Positions 13,791 through 28,700 of a stretch of DNA of 64,000 bases are shown here, piece by piece. The DNA is from Eledone cirrhosa (Eukaryota), in NCBI GenBank assembly GCA_964016885.1, contig OZ024746.1:52948001-53012000 (forward strand). The letters are read 5' to 3'. Numbering within the stretch: position 1 is the stretch's first letter; each line of letters starts with the position of its first letter. The position numbers and the translations under genes were made by a program. Under the pieces are notes generated by a model, which saw nothing but the letters and a program-made list of their open reading frames with translations, did no database searches and had not been told where the DNA came from.

Positions 13791-16700
13791 TGCTGTGATG
13801 GTAGTGTTGTTGTTGTCATTGTAGTTAGTGGTTTCTGTGATGTTAGTGTTGTTGTTGTTGTTATTGTAGTTAGAGGTTGCTGAGATGGTAGTGTTGTTGT
13901 TGTTGTTATTGTAGTTAGTGGTTGCGGAGATGGTAGTGTTGTTGTTGTTGTTATTGTAGTTAGAGTTTGCTGAGATGGTAGTGTTGTTGTTGTTGTTATT
14001 GTAGTTAGTGGTTGCTGAGATGGTAGTGTTGTTGTTGTTGTTATTGTAGTTAGAGGTTGCTGTGATGGTAGTGTTGTTGTTGTTGTTATTGTAGTTAGTG
14101 GTTTCTGTGATGGTAGTGTTGTTGTTGTTGTTATTGTAGTTAGTGGTTGCTGAGATAATAGTGTTGTTGTTGTTGTTATTGTAGTTAGTGGTTGCTGAGA
14201 TGATAGTGTTGTTGTTGTTGTTATTGTAGTTAGTGGTTGCTGAGATGGTAGTGTTGTTGTTGTTATTGTAGTTAGTGGTTGCTGAGATGGTAGTGTTGTT
14301 GTTGTTTTTATTGTAGTTAGTGGTTGCTCTGATGGTAGTGTTGTTGTTGTTGTTATTGTAGTTAGTGGTTGCTGAGATGGTAGTGTTGTTGTTGTTGTTA
14401 TTGTAGTTAGTGGTTGCTGAGATGGTAGTGTTGTTGTTGTTGTTATTGTAGTTAGTGGTTTCTGTGATGGTAGTGTTGTTGTTGTTGTTATTGTAGTTAG
14501 TGGTTTCTGTGATGGTAGTGTTGTTGTTGTTGTTATTGTTGTTAGTGGTTGCTGAGATGGTAGTGTTGTTGTTGTTGTTATTGTAGTTAGTGGTTTCTGT
14601 GATGGTAGTGTTGTTGTTGTTGTTATTGTAGTTAGTGGTTGCTGCGATGGTAGTGTTGTTGTTGTTATTCTAGTTAGTGGTTGCTGTGATGGTAGTGTTG
14701 TTGTTGTTGTTATTGTAGTTAGTAGTTTCTGTGATGGTAGTGTTGTTGTTGTTATTGTAGTTAGTGGTTGCTGTGATGGTAGTGTTGTTGTTGTTGTTAT
14801 TGTAGATAGAGGTTGCTGAGATGGTAGTGTTGTTGTTGTTGTTATTGTAGTTAGTGATTGCTGTGATGGTAGTGTTGTTGTTGTTGTTATTGTAGATAGA
14901 GGTTGCTGAGATGGTAGTGTTGTTGTTGTTGTTATTGTAGTTAGTGGTTGCTGAGATGATAGTGTTGTTGTTGTTGTTGTTATTGTAGTTAGAGGTTGCT
15001 GAGATGGTAGTGTTGTTGTTGTTCTTATTGTAGTTAGTGATTGCTGTGATGGTAGTGTTGTTGTTGTTGTTATTGTAGATAGAGGTTGCTGAGATGGTAG
15101 TGTTGTTGTTGTTGTTATTGTAGTTAGAGGTTGCTGAGATGGTAGTGTTGTTGTTGTTATTCTAGTTAGTGGTTTCTGTGATGGTAGTGTTGTTGTTGTT
15201 GTTATTGTAGTTAGTGGTTGCTGAGATAATAGTGTTGTTGTTGTTGTTATTGTAGTTAGTGGTTGCTGAGATGATAGTGTTGTTGTTGTTGTTATTGTAG
15301 TTAGTAGTTGCTGAGATGGTAGTGTTGTTGTTGTTGTTATGTAGTTAGTGGTTTTTGTGATGGTAGTGTTGTTGTTGTTGTTATTGTAGTTAGTGGTTGC
15401 TGTGATGGTAGTGTTGTTGTTGTTATTGTAGTTAGTGGTTGCTGAGATGGTAGTGTTGTTGTTGTTGTTATTGTAGTTAGTGGTTGCTGAGATGGTAGTG
15501 TTGTTGCTGTTGTTATTGTAGTTAGTGGTTTCTGTGATGGTAGAGTTGTTGTTGTTGTTATTGTAGTTAGTGGTTGCTGTGTTGGTAGTGTTGTTGTTGT
15601 TATTCTAGTTAGTGGTTGCTGTGAAGGTAGTGTTGTTGTTGTTGTTATTGTAGTTAGTGGTTTCTGTGATGGTAGTGTTGTTGTTGTTATTGTAGTTAGT
15701 GGTTGCTAAGATGGTAGTGTTGTTGTTAGTATTGTAGTTAGAGGTTGCTGAGATGGTAGTGTTGTTGTTGTTATTCTAGTTAGTGGTTGCTGTGATGGTA
15801 GTGTTGTTGTTATTATTGTAGTTAGAGGTTGCTGAGATGGTAGTGTTGTTGTTGTTATTCTAGTTAGTGGTTGCTGTGATGGTAGTGTTGTTGTTGTTGT
15901 TATTGTAGATATTGGTTTCTGTGATGGTAGTGTTGTTGTTGTTATTGTAGTTAGAGATTGCTGAGATGGTAGTGTTGTTGTTGTTGTTATTGGTTGCTGT
16001 GATGTTAGTGTTGTTGTTGTTATTGTAGTTAGTGGTTGTTGTGATGGTAATGTTGTTGTTGTTGTTATTGTAGTTAGTGTTCGTTGTGATGGTAGTGTTG
16101 TTGTTGTTGTTGTAGTTAGTGGTTGATGTGATGTTAGTGTTGTTATTGTTATTGTAGTTAGTGGTTGCTGTGATGGTAGTGTTGTTGTTGTTATTGTAGT
16201 TAGTGTTTGCTGAGATGGTAGTGTTGTTGTTGTTTTTATTGTAGTTAGTGGTTGCTGAGATGGTAGTGTTGTTGTTGTTATTGTAGTTAGTGGTTGATGT
16301 GATGTTAGTGTTGTTATTGTTATTGTAGTTAGTGGTTGCTGTGATGGTAGTGTTGTTTTTGTTATTGTAGTTAGTGGTTTCTGTGATGTTAGTGTTGTTG
16401 TTGTTGTTGTAGTTAGTGGTTGATGTGATGTTAGTGTTGTTATTGTTATTGTAGTTAGTGGTTGCTGTGATGGTAGTGTTGTTTTTGTTATTGTAGTTAG
16501 TGGTTTCTGTGATGGTAGTGTTGTTGTTGTTGTTATTGTAGTTAGTGGTTGCTGAGATGGTAGTGTTGTTGTGGTGGTTATTGTTGTTAGTGGTTGCTGA
16601 GATGGTAGTGTTGTTGTTGTTATTGTAGCTAGTGGTTGCTGTGATGGTAGTGTTGTTGTTGTTATTGTAGTTAGTGGTTACTATGATGGTAGTGATGTTG

Positions 16701-19700
16701 TTGTTATTGTAGCTAGTGGTTGCTGTGTTGGTAGTGTTGTTGTTGTTATTGTAATTAGTGGTTGCTATGATGGTAGTGTTGTTGTTGTTATTGTAGCTAG
16801 TGGTTGCTGTGATGGTAGTGTTTTTTTGTTATTGTAGTTAGTGGTTGCTGTAATGGTAGTGTTGTTGTTGTTGTTATTGTAGTTAGTGGTTGCTGTGATG
16901 GTAGTGTTGTTGTTGTTATTGTAGTTAGTGGTTGCTGAGATGGTAGTGTTGTTGTTGTTATTGTAGTTAGTGGTTGCTGAGATGGTATGTTTTTGTTGTT
17001 GTTATTGTAGTTAGTGGTTGCTGAGATGGTAGTGTTGTTGTTGTTGTTATTGTAGTTAGTGGTTGCTGAGATGATAGTGTTGTTGTTGTTGTTATTGTAG
17101 TTAGTGGTTGCTGAGATGGTAGTGTTTTTGTTGTTGTTATTGTAGTTAGTGGTTTCTGTGATGGTAGTGTTGTTGTTGTTGTTATTGTAGTTAGTGGTTG
17201 CTGAGATAGTAGTGTTGTTGTTGTTGTTATTGTAGTTAGTGGTTGCTGAGATGGTAGTGTTTTTGTTGTTGTTATTGTAGTTAGTGGTTGCTGAGATGGT
17301 AGTGTTGTTGTTGTTGTTATTGTAGTTATTGGTTTCTGTGATGGTAGTGTTGTTGTTGTTGTTATTGTAGTTAGTGGTTGCTGAGATGGTAGTGTTGTTG
17401 TTGTTGTTATTGTAGTTAGTGGTTTCTGTGATGGTAGATTTGTTGTTGTTGTTATTGTAGTTAGTGGTTGCTGTGATGGTAGTGTTGTTGTTGTTATTCT
17501 AGTTAGTGGTTGCTGTGATGGTAGTGTTGTTGTTGTTGTTGTTATTGTAGTTAGTGGTTTCTGTGATGGTAGTGTTGTTGTTGTTATTGTAGTTAGTGGT
17601 TGCTGAGATGGTAGTGTTGTTGTTGTTGTTATTGTAGTTAGAGGTTGCTGTGATGGTAATGTTGTTGTTGTTATTGTAGTTAGTGGTTGCTGAGATGGTA
17701 GTGTTGTTGTTGTTGTTATTGTAGTTAGTGGTTTCTGTGATGTTAGTGTTGTTGTTGTTGTTATTGTAGTTAGTGGTTGCTGAGATGGTAGTGTTGTTGT
17801 TGTTGTTATTGTAGTTAGTGGTTGCTGAGATGGTAGTGTTGTTGTTGTTGTTATTGTAGTTAGTGGTTGCTGTGATGGTAGTGTTGTTGTTGTTATTGTA
17901 GTTAGTGGTTGCTGAGATGGTAGTGTTGTTGTTGTTGTTATTGTAGTTAGTGGTTGCTGTGATGGTAGTGTTGTTGTTGTTATTGTAGTTAGTGGTTTCT
18001 GAGATGGTAGTGTTGTTGTTGTTATTGTAGTTAGTGGTTGCTGAGATGGTAGTGTTGTTGTTGTTTTTATTGTAGTTAGTGGTTGCTGTGATGGTAGTGT
18101 TGTTGTTGTTGTTATTGTAGTTAGTGGTTGCTGAGATGGTAGTGTTGTTGTTGTTGTTATTGTAGTTAGTGGTTGCTGAGATGGTAGTGTTGTTGTTGTT
18201 GTTATTGTAGTTAGTGGTTGCTGAGATGGTAGTGTTGTTGTTGTTGTTATTGTAGTTAGTGGTTTCTGTGATGGTAGTGTTGTTGTTGTTGTTATTGTAG
18301 TTAGTGGTTGCTGCGATGGTAGTGTTGTTGTTGTTATTCTAGTTAGTGGTTGCTGTGATGGTAGTGTTGTTGTTGTTATTGTAGTTAGTAGTTTCTGTGA
18401 TGGTAGTGTTGTTGTTGTTATTGTAGTTAGTGGTTGCTGTGATGGTAGTGTTGTTGTTGTTGTTATTGTAGATAGAGGTTGCTGAGATGGTAGTGTTGTT
18501 GTTGTTGTTATTGTAGTTAGTGATTGCTGTGATGGTAGTGTTGTTGTTGTTGTTATTGTAGATAGAGGTTGCTGAGATGGTAGTGTTGTTGTTGTTGTTA
18601 TTGTAGTTTGTGGTTGCTGAGATGATAGTGTTGTTGTTGTTGTTGTTATTGTAGTTAGAGGTTGCTGAGATGGTAGTGTTGTTGTTGTTCTTATTGTAGT
18701 TAGTGATTGCTGTGATGGTAGTGTTGTTGTTGTTGTTATTGTAGATAGAGGTTGCTGAGATGGTAGTGTTGTTGTTGTTATTCTAGTTAGTGGTTGCTGT
18801 GATGGTAGTGTTGATGTTGTTGTTATTGTAGTTAGTGGTTTCTGTGATGGTAGTGTTGTTGTTGTTGTTATTGTAGTTAGTGGTTGCTGAGATAATAGTG
18901 TTGTTGTTGTTGTTATTGTAGTTAGTGGTTGCTGAGATGATAGTGTTGTTGTTGTTGTTATTGTAGTTAGTAGTTGCTGAGATGGTAGTGTTGTTGTTGT
19001 TGTTATTGTAGTTAGTGGTTGCTGTGATGGTAGTGTTGTTGTTGTTATTGTAGTTAGTGGTTGCTGAGATGGTAGTGTTGTTGTTGTTGTTATTGTAGTT
19101 AGTGGTTGCTGAGATGGTAGTGTTGTTGCTGTTGTTATTGTAGTTAGTGGTTTCTGTGATGGTAGAGTTGTTGTTGTTGTTATTGTAGTTAGTGGTTGCT
19201 GTGTTGGTAGTGTTGTTGTTGTTGTTATTGTAGTTAGTGGTTTCTGTGATGGTAGTGTTGTTGTTGTTATTGTAGTTAGTGGTTGCTGAGATGGTAGTGT
19301 TGTTGTTAGTATTGTAGTTAGAGGTTGCTGAGATGGTAGTGTTGTTGTTGTTATTCTAGTTAGTGGTTGCTGTGATGGTAGTGTTGTTGTTGTTGTTATT
19401 GGTTGCTGTGATGTTAGTGTTGTTGTTGTTATTGTAGTTAGTGGTTGTTGTGATGGTAATGTTGTTGTTGTTGTTATTGTAGTTAGTGTTCGTTGTGATG
19501 GTAGTGTTGTTGTTGTTGTTGTAGTTAGTGGTTGATGTGATGTTAGTGTTGTTATTGTTATTGTAGTTAGTGGTTGCTGTGATGGTAGTGTTGTTGTTGT
19601 TATTGTAGTTAGTGTTTGCTGAGATGGTAGTGTTGTTGTTGTTTTTATTGTAGTTAGTGGTTGCTGAGATGGTAGTGTTGTTTTTGTTATTGTAGTTAGT

Positions 19701-22700
19701 GGTTTCTGTGATGGTAGTGTTGTTGTTGTTGTTATTGTAGTTAGTGGTTGCTGAGATGGTAGTGTTGTTGTTGTGGTTATTGTGGTTAGTGGTTGCTGAG
19801 ATGGTAGTGTTGTTGTTGTTATTGTAGCTAGTGGTTGCTGTGATGGTAGTGTTGTTGTTGTTATTGTAGTCAGTGGTTACTATGATGGTAGTGATGTTGT
19901 TGTTATTGTAGCTAGTGGTTGCTGTGTTGGTAGTGTTGTTGTTGTTATTGTAGTTAGTGGTTGCTATGATGGTAGTGTTGTTGTTGTAATTGTAGCTAGT
20001 GGTTGCTGTGATGGTAGTGTTTTTTTGTTATTGTAGTTAGTGGTTGCTGTAATGGTAGTGTTGTTGTTGTTGTTATTGTAGTTAGTGGTTGCTGTGATGG
20101 TAGTGTTGTTGTTGTTATTGTAGTTAGTGGTTGCTGAGATGATAGTGTTGTTGTTGTTGTTATTGTAGTTAGTGGTTGCTGAGATGGTAGTGTTTTTGTT
20201 GTTGTTATTGTAGTTAGTGGTTTCTGTGATGGTAGTGTTGTTGTTGTTGTTATTGTAGTTAGTGGTTGCTGAGATGGTAGTGTTGTTGTTGTTGTTATTG
20301 TAGTTATTGGTTTCTGTGATGGTAGTGTTGTTGTTGTTGTTATTGTAGTTAGTGGTTGCTGAGATGGTAGTGTTGTTGTTGTTGTTATTGTAGTTAGTGG
20401 TTTCTGTGATGGTAGTTTGTTGTTGTTGTTATTGTAGTTAGTGGTTGCTGTGATGGTAGTGTTGTTGTTGTTATTCTAGTTAGTGGTTGCTGTGATGGTA
20501 GTGTTGTTGTTGTTGTTATTGTAGTTAGTGGTTTCTGTGATGGTAGTGTTGTTGTTGTTATTGTAGTTAGTGGTTGCTGAGATGGTAGTGTTGTTGTTGT
20601 TGTTATTGTAGTTAGAGGTTGCTGTGATGGTAGTGTTGTTGTTGTCATTGTAGTTAGTGGTTTCTGTGATGTTAGTGTTGTTGTTGTTGTTATTGTAGTT
20701 AGTGGTTGCTGAGATGGTAGTGTTGTTGTTGTTGTTATTGTAGTTAGTGGTTGCTCAGATGGTAGTGTTGTTGTTGTTGTTATTGTAGTTAGTGGTTGCT
20801 GTGATGGTAGTGTTGTTGTTGTTATTGTAGTTAGTGGTTGCTGAGATGGTAGTGTTGTTGTTGTTGTTATTGTAGTTAGTGGTTGCTGTGATGGTAGTGT
20901 TGTTGTTGTTATTGTAGTTAGTGGTTTCTGAGATGGTAGTGTTGTTGTTGTTATTGTAGTTAGTGGTTGCTGAGATGGTAGTGTTGTTGTTGTTTTTATT
21001 GTAGTTAGTGGTTGCTGTGATGGTAGTGTTGTTGTTGTTGTTATTGTAGTTAGTGGTTGCTGAGATGGTAGTGTTGTTGTTGTTGTTATTGTAGTTAGTG
21101 GTTGCTGAGATGGTAGTGTTGTTGTTGTTGTTATTGTAGTTAGTGGTTGCTGAGATGGTAGTGTTGTTGTTGTTGTTATTGTAGTTAGTGGTTTCTGTGA
21201 TGGTAGTGTTGTTGTTGTTGTTATTGTAGTTAGTGGTTGCTGCGATGGTAGTGTTGTTGTTGTTATTCTAGTTAGTGGTTGCTGTGATGGTAGTGTTGTT
21301 GTTGTTGTTATTGTAGTTAGTAGTTTCTGTGATGGTAGTGTTGTTGTTGTTATTGTAGTTAGTGGTTGCTGTGATGGTAGTGTTGTTGTTGTTGTTATTG
21401 TAGATAGAGGTTGCTGAGATGGTAGTGTTGTTGTTGTTGTTATTGTAGTTAGTGATTGCTGTGATGGTAGTGTTGTTGTTGTTGTTATTGTAGATAGAGG
21501 TTGCTGAGATGGTAGTGTTGTTGTTGTTGTTATTGTAGTTAGTGGTTGCTGAGATGATAGTGTTGTTGTTGTTGTTGTTATTGTAGTTAGAGGTTGCTGA
21601 GATGGTAGTGTTGTTGTTGTTCTTATTGTAGTTAGTGATTGCTGTGATGGTAGTGTTGTTGTTGTTGTTATTGTAGATAGAGGTTGCTGAGATGGTAGTG
21701 TTGTTGTTGTTGTTATTGTAGTTAGAGTTTGCTGAGATGGTAGTGTTGTTGTTGTTATTCTAGTTAGTGGTTGCTGTGATGGTAGTGTTGTTGTTGTTGT
21801 TATTGTAGTTAGTGGTTTCTGTGATGGTAGTGTTGTTGTTGTTGTTATTGTAGTTAGTGGTTGCTGAGATAATAGTGTTGTTGTTGTTGTTATTGTAGTT
21901 AGTGGTTGCTGAGATGGTAGTGTTGTTGTTGTTGTTATGTAGTTAGTGGTTTTTGTGATGGTAGTGTTGTTGTTGTTGTTATTGTAGTTAGTGGTTGCTG
22001 TGATGGTAGTGTTGTTGTTGTTATTGTAGTTAGTGGTTGCTGAGATGGTAGTGTTGTTGTTGTTGTTATTGTAGTTAGTGGTTTCTGTGATGGTAGTGTT
22101 GTTGTTGTTGTTATTGTAGTTAAAGGTTGCTGTGATGGTAGTGTTGTTGTTGTTATTGTAGTTAGTGGTTGCAGAGATGGTAGTGTTGTTGTTGTTGTTA
22201 TTCTAGTTAGTGGTTGCTGAGATGATAGTGTTGTTGTTGTTGTTATTGTAGAAGGTGGTTTCTGTGATGGTAGTGTTGTTGTTGTTGTTATTGTAGTTAG
22301 TGGTTGCGGAGATGGTAGTGTTGTTGTTGTTGTTATTGTAGTTAGAGTTTGCTGAGATGGTAGTGTTGTTGTTGTTGTTATTGTAGTTAGTGGTTGCTGA
22401 GATGGTAGTGTTGTTGTTGTTGTTATTGTAGTTAGAGGTTGCTGTGATGGTAGTGTTGTTGTTGTTGTTATTGTAGTTAGTGGTTTCTGTGATGGTAGTG
22501 TTGTTGTTGTTGTTATTGTAGTTAGTGGTTGCTGAGATAATAGTGTTGTTGTTGTTGTTATTGTAGTTAGTGGTTTCTGTGATGGTAGTGTTGTTGTTGT
22601 TATTGTAGTTAGTGGTTGCTGAGATGGTAGTGTTGTTGTTAGTATTGTAGTTAGAGGTTGCTGAGATGGTAGTGTTGTTGTTGTTATTCTAGTTAGTGGT

Positions 22701-25700
22701 TGCTGTGATGGTAGTGTTGTTGTTATTATTGTAGTTAGAGGTTGCTGAGATGGTAGTGTTGTTGTTGTTATTGTAGTTAGTGGTTGCTGTGATGGTAGTG
22801 TTGTTGTTGTTGTTATTGTAGATAGTGGTTTCTGTGATGGTAGTGTTGTTGTTGTTATTGTAGTTAGAGATTGCTGAGATGGTAGTGTTGTTGTTGTTGT
22901 TATTGGTTGCTGTGATGTTAGTGTTGTTGTTGTTATTGTAGTTAGTGGTTGTTGTGATGGTAATGTTGTTGTTGTTGTTATTGTAGTTAGTGTTCGTTGT
23001 GATGGTAGTGTTGTTGTTGTTGTTGTAGTTAGTGGTTGATGTGATGTTAGTGTTGTTATTGTTATTGTAGTTAGTGTTTGCTGAGATGGTAGTGTTGTTG
23101 TTGTTTTTATTGTAGTTAGTGGTTGCTGAGATGGTAGTGTTGTTTTTGTTATTGTAGTTAGTGGTTTCTGTGATGGTAGTGTTGTTGTTGTTGTTATTGT
23201 AGTTAGTGGTTGCTGAGATGGTAGTGTTGTTGTTGTGGTTATTGTAGTTAGTGGTTGCTGAGATGGTAGTGTTGTTGTTGTTTTTATTGTAGTTAGTGGT
23301 TGCTGAGATGGCAGTGTTGTTGTTGTTATTGTAGCTACTGGTTGCTGTGATGGTAGTGTTGTTGTTGTTATTGTAGTTAGTGGTTGCTATGATGGTAGTG
23401 ATGTTGTTGTTATTGTAGCTAGTGGTTGCTGTGTTGGTAGTGTTGTTGTTGTTATTGTAGTTAGTGGTTGCTATGATGGTAGTGTTGTTGTTGTTATTGT
23501 AGCTAGTGGTTGCTGTGATGGTAGTGTTTTTGTTGTTATTGTAGTTAGTGGTTGCTGTAATGGTAGTGTTGTTGTTGTTGTTATTGTAGTTAGTGGTTTC
23601 TGTGATGGTAGTGTTGTTGTTGTTATTGTAGTTAGTGGTTGCTGTGATGGTAGTGTTGTTGTTGTTGTTATTGTAGTTAGTGGTTTCTGTGATGGTAGTG
23701 TTGTTGTTGTTATTGTAGTTAGTGGTTGCTGAGATAGTAGTGTTGTTGTTGTTGTTATTGTAGTTAGTGGTTTCTGTGATGGTAGTTTTGTTGTTGTTGT
23801 TATTGTAGTTAGTGGTTGCTGAGATGATAGTGTTGTTGTTGTTGTTATTGTAGTTAGTGTTTGCTGAGTTGGTAGTGTTGTTGTTGTTGTTATTGTAGTT
23901 AGTGGTCTATGTGATGGTAGTGTTGTTGTTGTTGTTATTGTAGTTAGTGGTTGCTGTGATGGTAGTGTTGTTGTTGTTGTTATTGTAGTTAGTGGTTGCT
24001 GTGATGGTAGTGTTGTTGTTGTTATTGTAGTTAGTGGTTGCTGAGATGGTAGTGTTGTTGTTGTTGTTGTAGTTAGTAGTTGCTGTGATGGTAGTGTTGT
24101 TGTTGTTGTTATTGTAGTTAGTGGTTGCTGAGATGGTAGTGTTGTTGTTGTTGTTGTAGTTAGTGGTTGATGAGATGGTAGTGTTGTTGTTGTTGTTATT
24201 GTAGTTAGTGGTTGCTGTGATGGTAGTGTTGTTGTTGTTATTGTAGTTAGTGGTTTCTGTGATGGTAGTGTTGTTGTTGTTGTTATTGTAGTTAGTGGTT
24301 GCTGTGATGGTAGTGTTGTTGTTGTTATTGTAGTTAGTGGTTGCTGAGATGGTAGTGTTGTTGTTGTTGTTATAGGTAGTTAGTGGATGCTGAGATGGTA
24401 GTGTTGTTGTTGTTGTTATTGTAGTTAGTGGTTTCTGTGATGGTAGTGTTGTTGTTGTTGTTATTGTAGTTATAGGTTGCTGTGATGGTAGTGTTGTTGT
24501 TGTTATTCTAGTTAGTGGTTGCTGAGATGGTAGTGTTGTTGTTGTTGTTATTGTAGAAGGTGGTTTCTGTGATGGTAGTGTTGTTGTTGTTGTTATTGTA
24601 GTTAGTGGTTGCGGAGATGGTAGTGTTGTTGTTGTTGTTATTGTAGTTAGAGTTTGCTGAGATGGTAGTGTTGTTGTTGTTGTTATTGTAGTTAGTGGTT
24701 GCTGAGATGGTAGTGTTGTTGTTGTTGTTATTGTAGTTAGAGGTTGCTGTGATGGTAGTGTTGTTGTTGTTGTTATTGTAGTTAGTGGTTTCTGTGATGG
24801 TAGTGTTGTTGTTGTTGTTATTGTAGTTAGTGGTTGTTGTGATGGTAATGTTGTTGTTGTTATTGTAGTTAGTGTTCGTTGTGATGGTAGTGTTGTTGTT
24901 GTTGTTGTAGTTAGTGGTTGATGTGATGTTAGTGTTGTTATTGTTATTGTAGTTAGTGGTTGTTGCGATGGTAGTGTTGTTGTTGTTGTTGTTGTAGTTA
25001 GTAGTTGATGTGATCGTAGTGTTGTTGTTGTTATTGTAGTTACTGGTTGTTGTGATGGTAGTGTTGTTGTTGTTGTTGTAGTTAGTGGTTGATGTGATGG
25101 CAGTGTTGTTGTTGTTATTGTAGTCAGTGGTTGTTGTGATGGTAGTGCTGTTATTTTTATTGTAGTTAGTGGTTGGTGTGATGGTAGTGTTGTTGTTATT
25201 GTTATTGTAATTAGAGGTTGCTGTGATGGTAGTGTTGTTGTTGTTATTGTAGTTAGTGGTTGCTGAGATGGTAGTGTTGTTGTTGTTTTTATTGTACTTA
25301 GTGGTTGCTGAGATGGTAGTGTTGTTGTTGTTGTTATTGTAGTTAGTGGTTTCTGTGATGGTAGTGTTGTTGTTGTTATTGTAGTTAGTGGTTGCTGAGA
25401 TGGTAGTGTTGTTGTTGTTATTGTAGTTAGTGGTTGCTGAGATGGTATGTTTTTGTTGTTGTTATTGTAGTTAGTGGTTGCTGAGATGGTAGTGTTGTTG
25501 TTGTTGTTATTGTAGTTAGTGGTTTCTGTGATGGTAGTGTTGTTGTTGTTGTTATTGTAGTTAGTGGTTGCTGAGATGATAGTGTTGTTGTTGTTGTTAT
25601 TGTAGTTAGTGGTTGCTGAGATGGTAGTGTTTTTGTTGTTGTTATTGTAGTTAGTGGTTTCTGTGATGGTAGTGTTGTTGTTGTTGTTATTGTAGTTAGT

Positions 25701-28700
25701 GGTTGCTGAGATAGTAGTGTTGTTGTTGTTGTTATTGTAGTTAGTGGTTGCTGAGATGGTAGTGTTTTTGTTGTTGTTATTGTAGTTAGTGGTTGCTGAG
25801 ATGGTAGTGTTGTTGTTGTTGTTATTGTAGTTATTGGTTTCTGTGATGGTAGTGTTGTTGTTGTTGTTATTGTAGTTAGTGGTTGCTGAGATGGTAGTGT
25901 TGTTGTTGTTGTTATTGTAGTTAGTGGTTTCTGTGATGGTAGTGTTGTTGTTGTTGTTATTGTAGTTAGTGGTTGCTGTGATGGTAGTGTTGTTGTTGTT
26001 ATTCTAGTTAGTGGTTGCTGTGATGGTAGTGTTGTTGTTGTTGTTATTGTAGTTAGTGGTTTCTGTGATGGTAGTGTTGTTGTTGTTATTGTAGTTAGTG
26101 GTTGCTGAGATGGTAGTGTTGTTGTTGTTGTTATTGTAGTTAGAGGTTGCTCTGATGGTAGTGTTGTTGTTGTCATTGTAGTTAGTGGTTTCTGTGATGT
26201 TAGTGTTGTTGTTGTTGTTATTGTAGTTAGTGGTTGCTGAGATGGTAGTGTTGTTGTTGTTGTTATTGTAGTTAGTGGTTGCTGAGATGGTAGTGTTGTT
26301 GTTGTTGTTATTGTAGTTAGTGGTTGCTGTGATGGTAGTGTTGTTGTTATTGTAGTTAGTGGTTGCTGAGATGGTAGTGTTGTTGTTGTTGTTATTGTAG
26401 TTAGTGGTTGCTGTGATGGTAGTGTTGTTGTTGTTATTGTAGTTAGTGGTTTCTGAGATGATAGTGTTGTTGTTGTTATTGTAGTTAGTGGTTGCTGAGA
26501 TGGTAGTGTTGTTGTTGTTTTTATTGTAGTTAGTGGTTGCTGTGATGGTAGTGTTGTTGTTGTTGTTATTGTAGTTAGTGGTTGCTGAGATGGTAGTGTT
26601 GTTGTTGTTGTTATTGTAGTTAGTGGTTGCTGAGATGGTAGTGTTGTTGTTGTTGTTATTGTAGTTAGTGGTTGCTGAGATGGTAGTGTTGTTGTTGTTG
26701 TTATTGTAGTTAGTGGTTTCTGTGATGGTAGTGTTGTTGTTGTTGTTATTGTAGTTAGTGGTTGCTGCGATGGTAGTGTTGTTGTTGTTATTCTAGTTAG
26801 TGATTGCTGTGATGGTAGTGTTGTTGTTGTTCTTATTGTAGTTAGTAGTTTCTGTGATGGTAGTGTTGTTGTTGTTATTGTAGTTAGTGGTTGCTGTGAT
26901 GGTAGTGTTGTTGTTGTTATTGTAGTTAGTGATTGCTGTGATGGTAGTGTTGTTGTTGTTGTTATTGTAGATAGAGGTTGCTGAGATGGTAGTGTTGTTG
27001 TTGTTGTTATTGTAGTTAGTGATTGCTGTGATGGTAGTGTTGTTGTTGTTGTTATTGTAGATAGAGGTTGCTGAGATGGTAGTGTTGTTGTTGTTGTTAT
27101 TGTAGTTAGTGGTTGCTGAGATGATAGTGTTGTTGTTGTTGTTGTTATTGTAGTTAGAGGTTGCTGAGATGGTAGTGTTGTTGTTGTTCTTATTGTAGTT
27201 AGTGATTGCTGTGATGGTAGTGTTGTTGTTGTTGTTATTGTAGATAGAGGTTGCTGAGATGGTAGTGTTGTTGTTGTTGTTATTGTAGTTAGAGGTTGCT
27301 GAGATGGTAGTGATGTTGTTGTTATTCTAGTTAGTGGTTGCTGTGATGGTAGTGTTGTTGTTGTTGTTATTGTAGTTAGTGGTTTCTGTGATGGTAGTGT
27401 TGTTGTTGTTGTTATTGTAGTTAGTGGTTGCTGAGATAATAGTGTTGTTGTTGTTGTTATTGTAGTTAGTGGTTGCTGAGATGATAGTGTTGTTGTTGTT
27501 GTTATTGTAGTTAGTAGTTGCTGAGATGGTAGTGTTGTTGTTGTTGGTTATGTAGTTAGTGGTTTTTGTGATGGTAGTGTTGTTGTTGTTGTTATTGTAG
27601 TTAGTGGTTGCTGTGATGGTAGTGTTGTTGTTGTTATTGTAGTTAGTGGTTGCTGAGATGGTAGTGTTGTTGTTGTTGTTATTGTAGTTAGTGGTTGCTG
27701 AGATGGTAGTGTTGTTGCTGTTGTTATTGTAGTTAGTGGTTTCTGTGATGGTAGAGTTGTTGTTGTTGTTATTGTAGTTAGTGGTTGCTGTGTTGGTAGT
27801 GTTGTTGTTGTTATTCTAGTTAGTGGTTGCTGTGAAGGTAGTGTTGTTGTTGTTGTTATTGTAGTTAGTGGTTTCTGTGATGGTAGTGTTGTTGTTGTTA
27901 TTGTAGTTAGTGGTTGCTGAGATGGTAGTGTTGTTGTTAGTATTGTAGTTAGAGGTTGCTGAGATGGTAGTGTTGTTGTTGTTATTCTAGTTAGTGGTTG
28001 CTGTGATGGTAGTGTTGTTGTTATTATTGTAGTTAGAGGTTGCTGAGATGGTAGTGTTGTTGTTGTTATTCTAGTTAGTGGTTGCTGTGATGGTAGTGTT
28101 GTTGTTGTTGTTATTGTAGATAGTGGTTTCTGTGATGGTAGTGTTGTTGTTGTTATTGTAGTTAGAGATTGCTGAGATGGTAGTGTTGTTGTTGTTGTTA
28201 TTGGTTGCTGTGATGTTAGTGTTGTTGTTGTTATTGTAGTTAGTGGTTGTTGTGATGGTAATGTTGTTGTTGTTGTTATTGTAGTTAGTGTTCGTTGTGA
28301 TGGTAGTGTTGTTGTTGTTGTTGTAGTTAGTGGTTGATGTGATGTTAGTGTTGTTATTATTATTGTAGTTAGTGGTTGCTGTGATGGTAGTGTTGTTGAT
28401 GTTATTGTAGTTAGTGTTTGCTGAGATGGTAGTGTTGTTGTTGTTTTTATTGTAGTTAGTGGTTGCTGAGATGGTAGTGTTGTTTTTGTTATTGTAGTTA
28501 GTGGTTTCTGTGATGGTAGTGTTGTTGTTTTTGTTATTGTAGTTAGTGGTTGCTGAGATGGTAGTGTTGTTGTTGTGGTTATTGTTGTTAGTGGTTGCTG
28601 AGATGGTAGTGTTGTTGTTGTTATTGTAGCTAGTGGTTGCTGTGATGGTAGTGTTGTTGTTGTTATTGTAGTTAGTGGTTACTATGATGGTAATGATGTT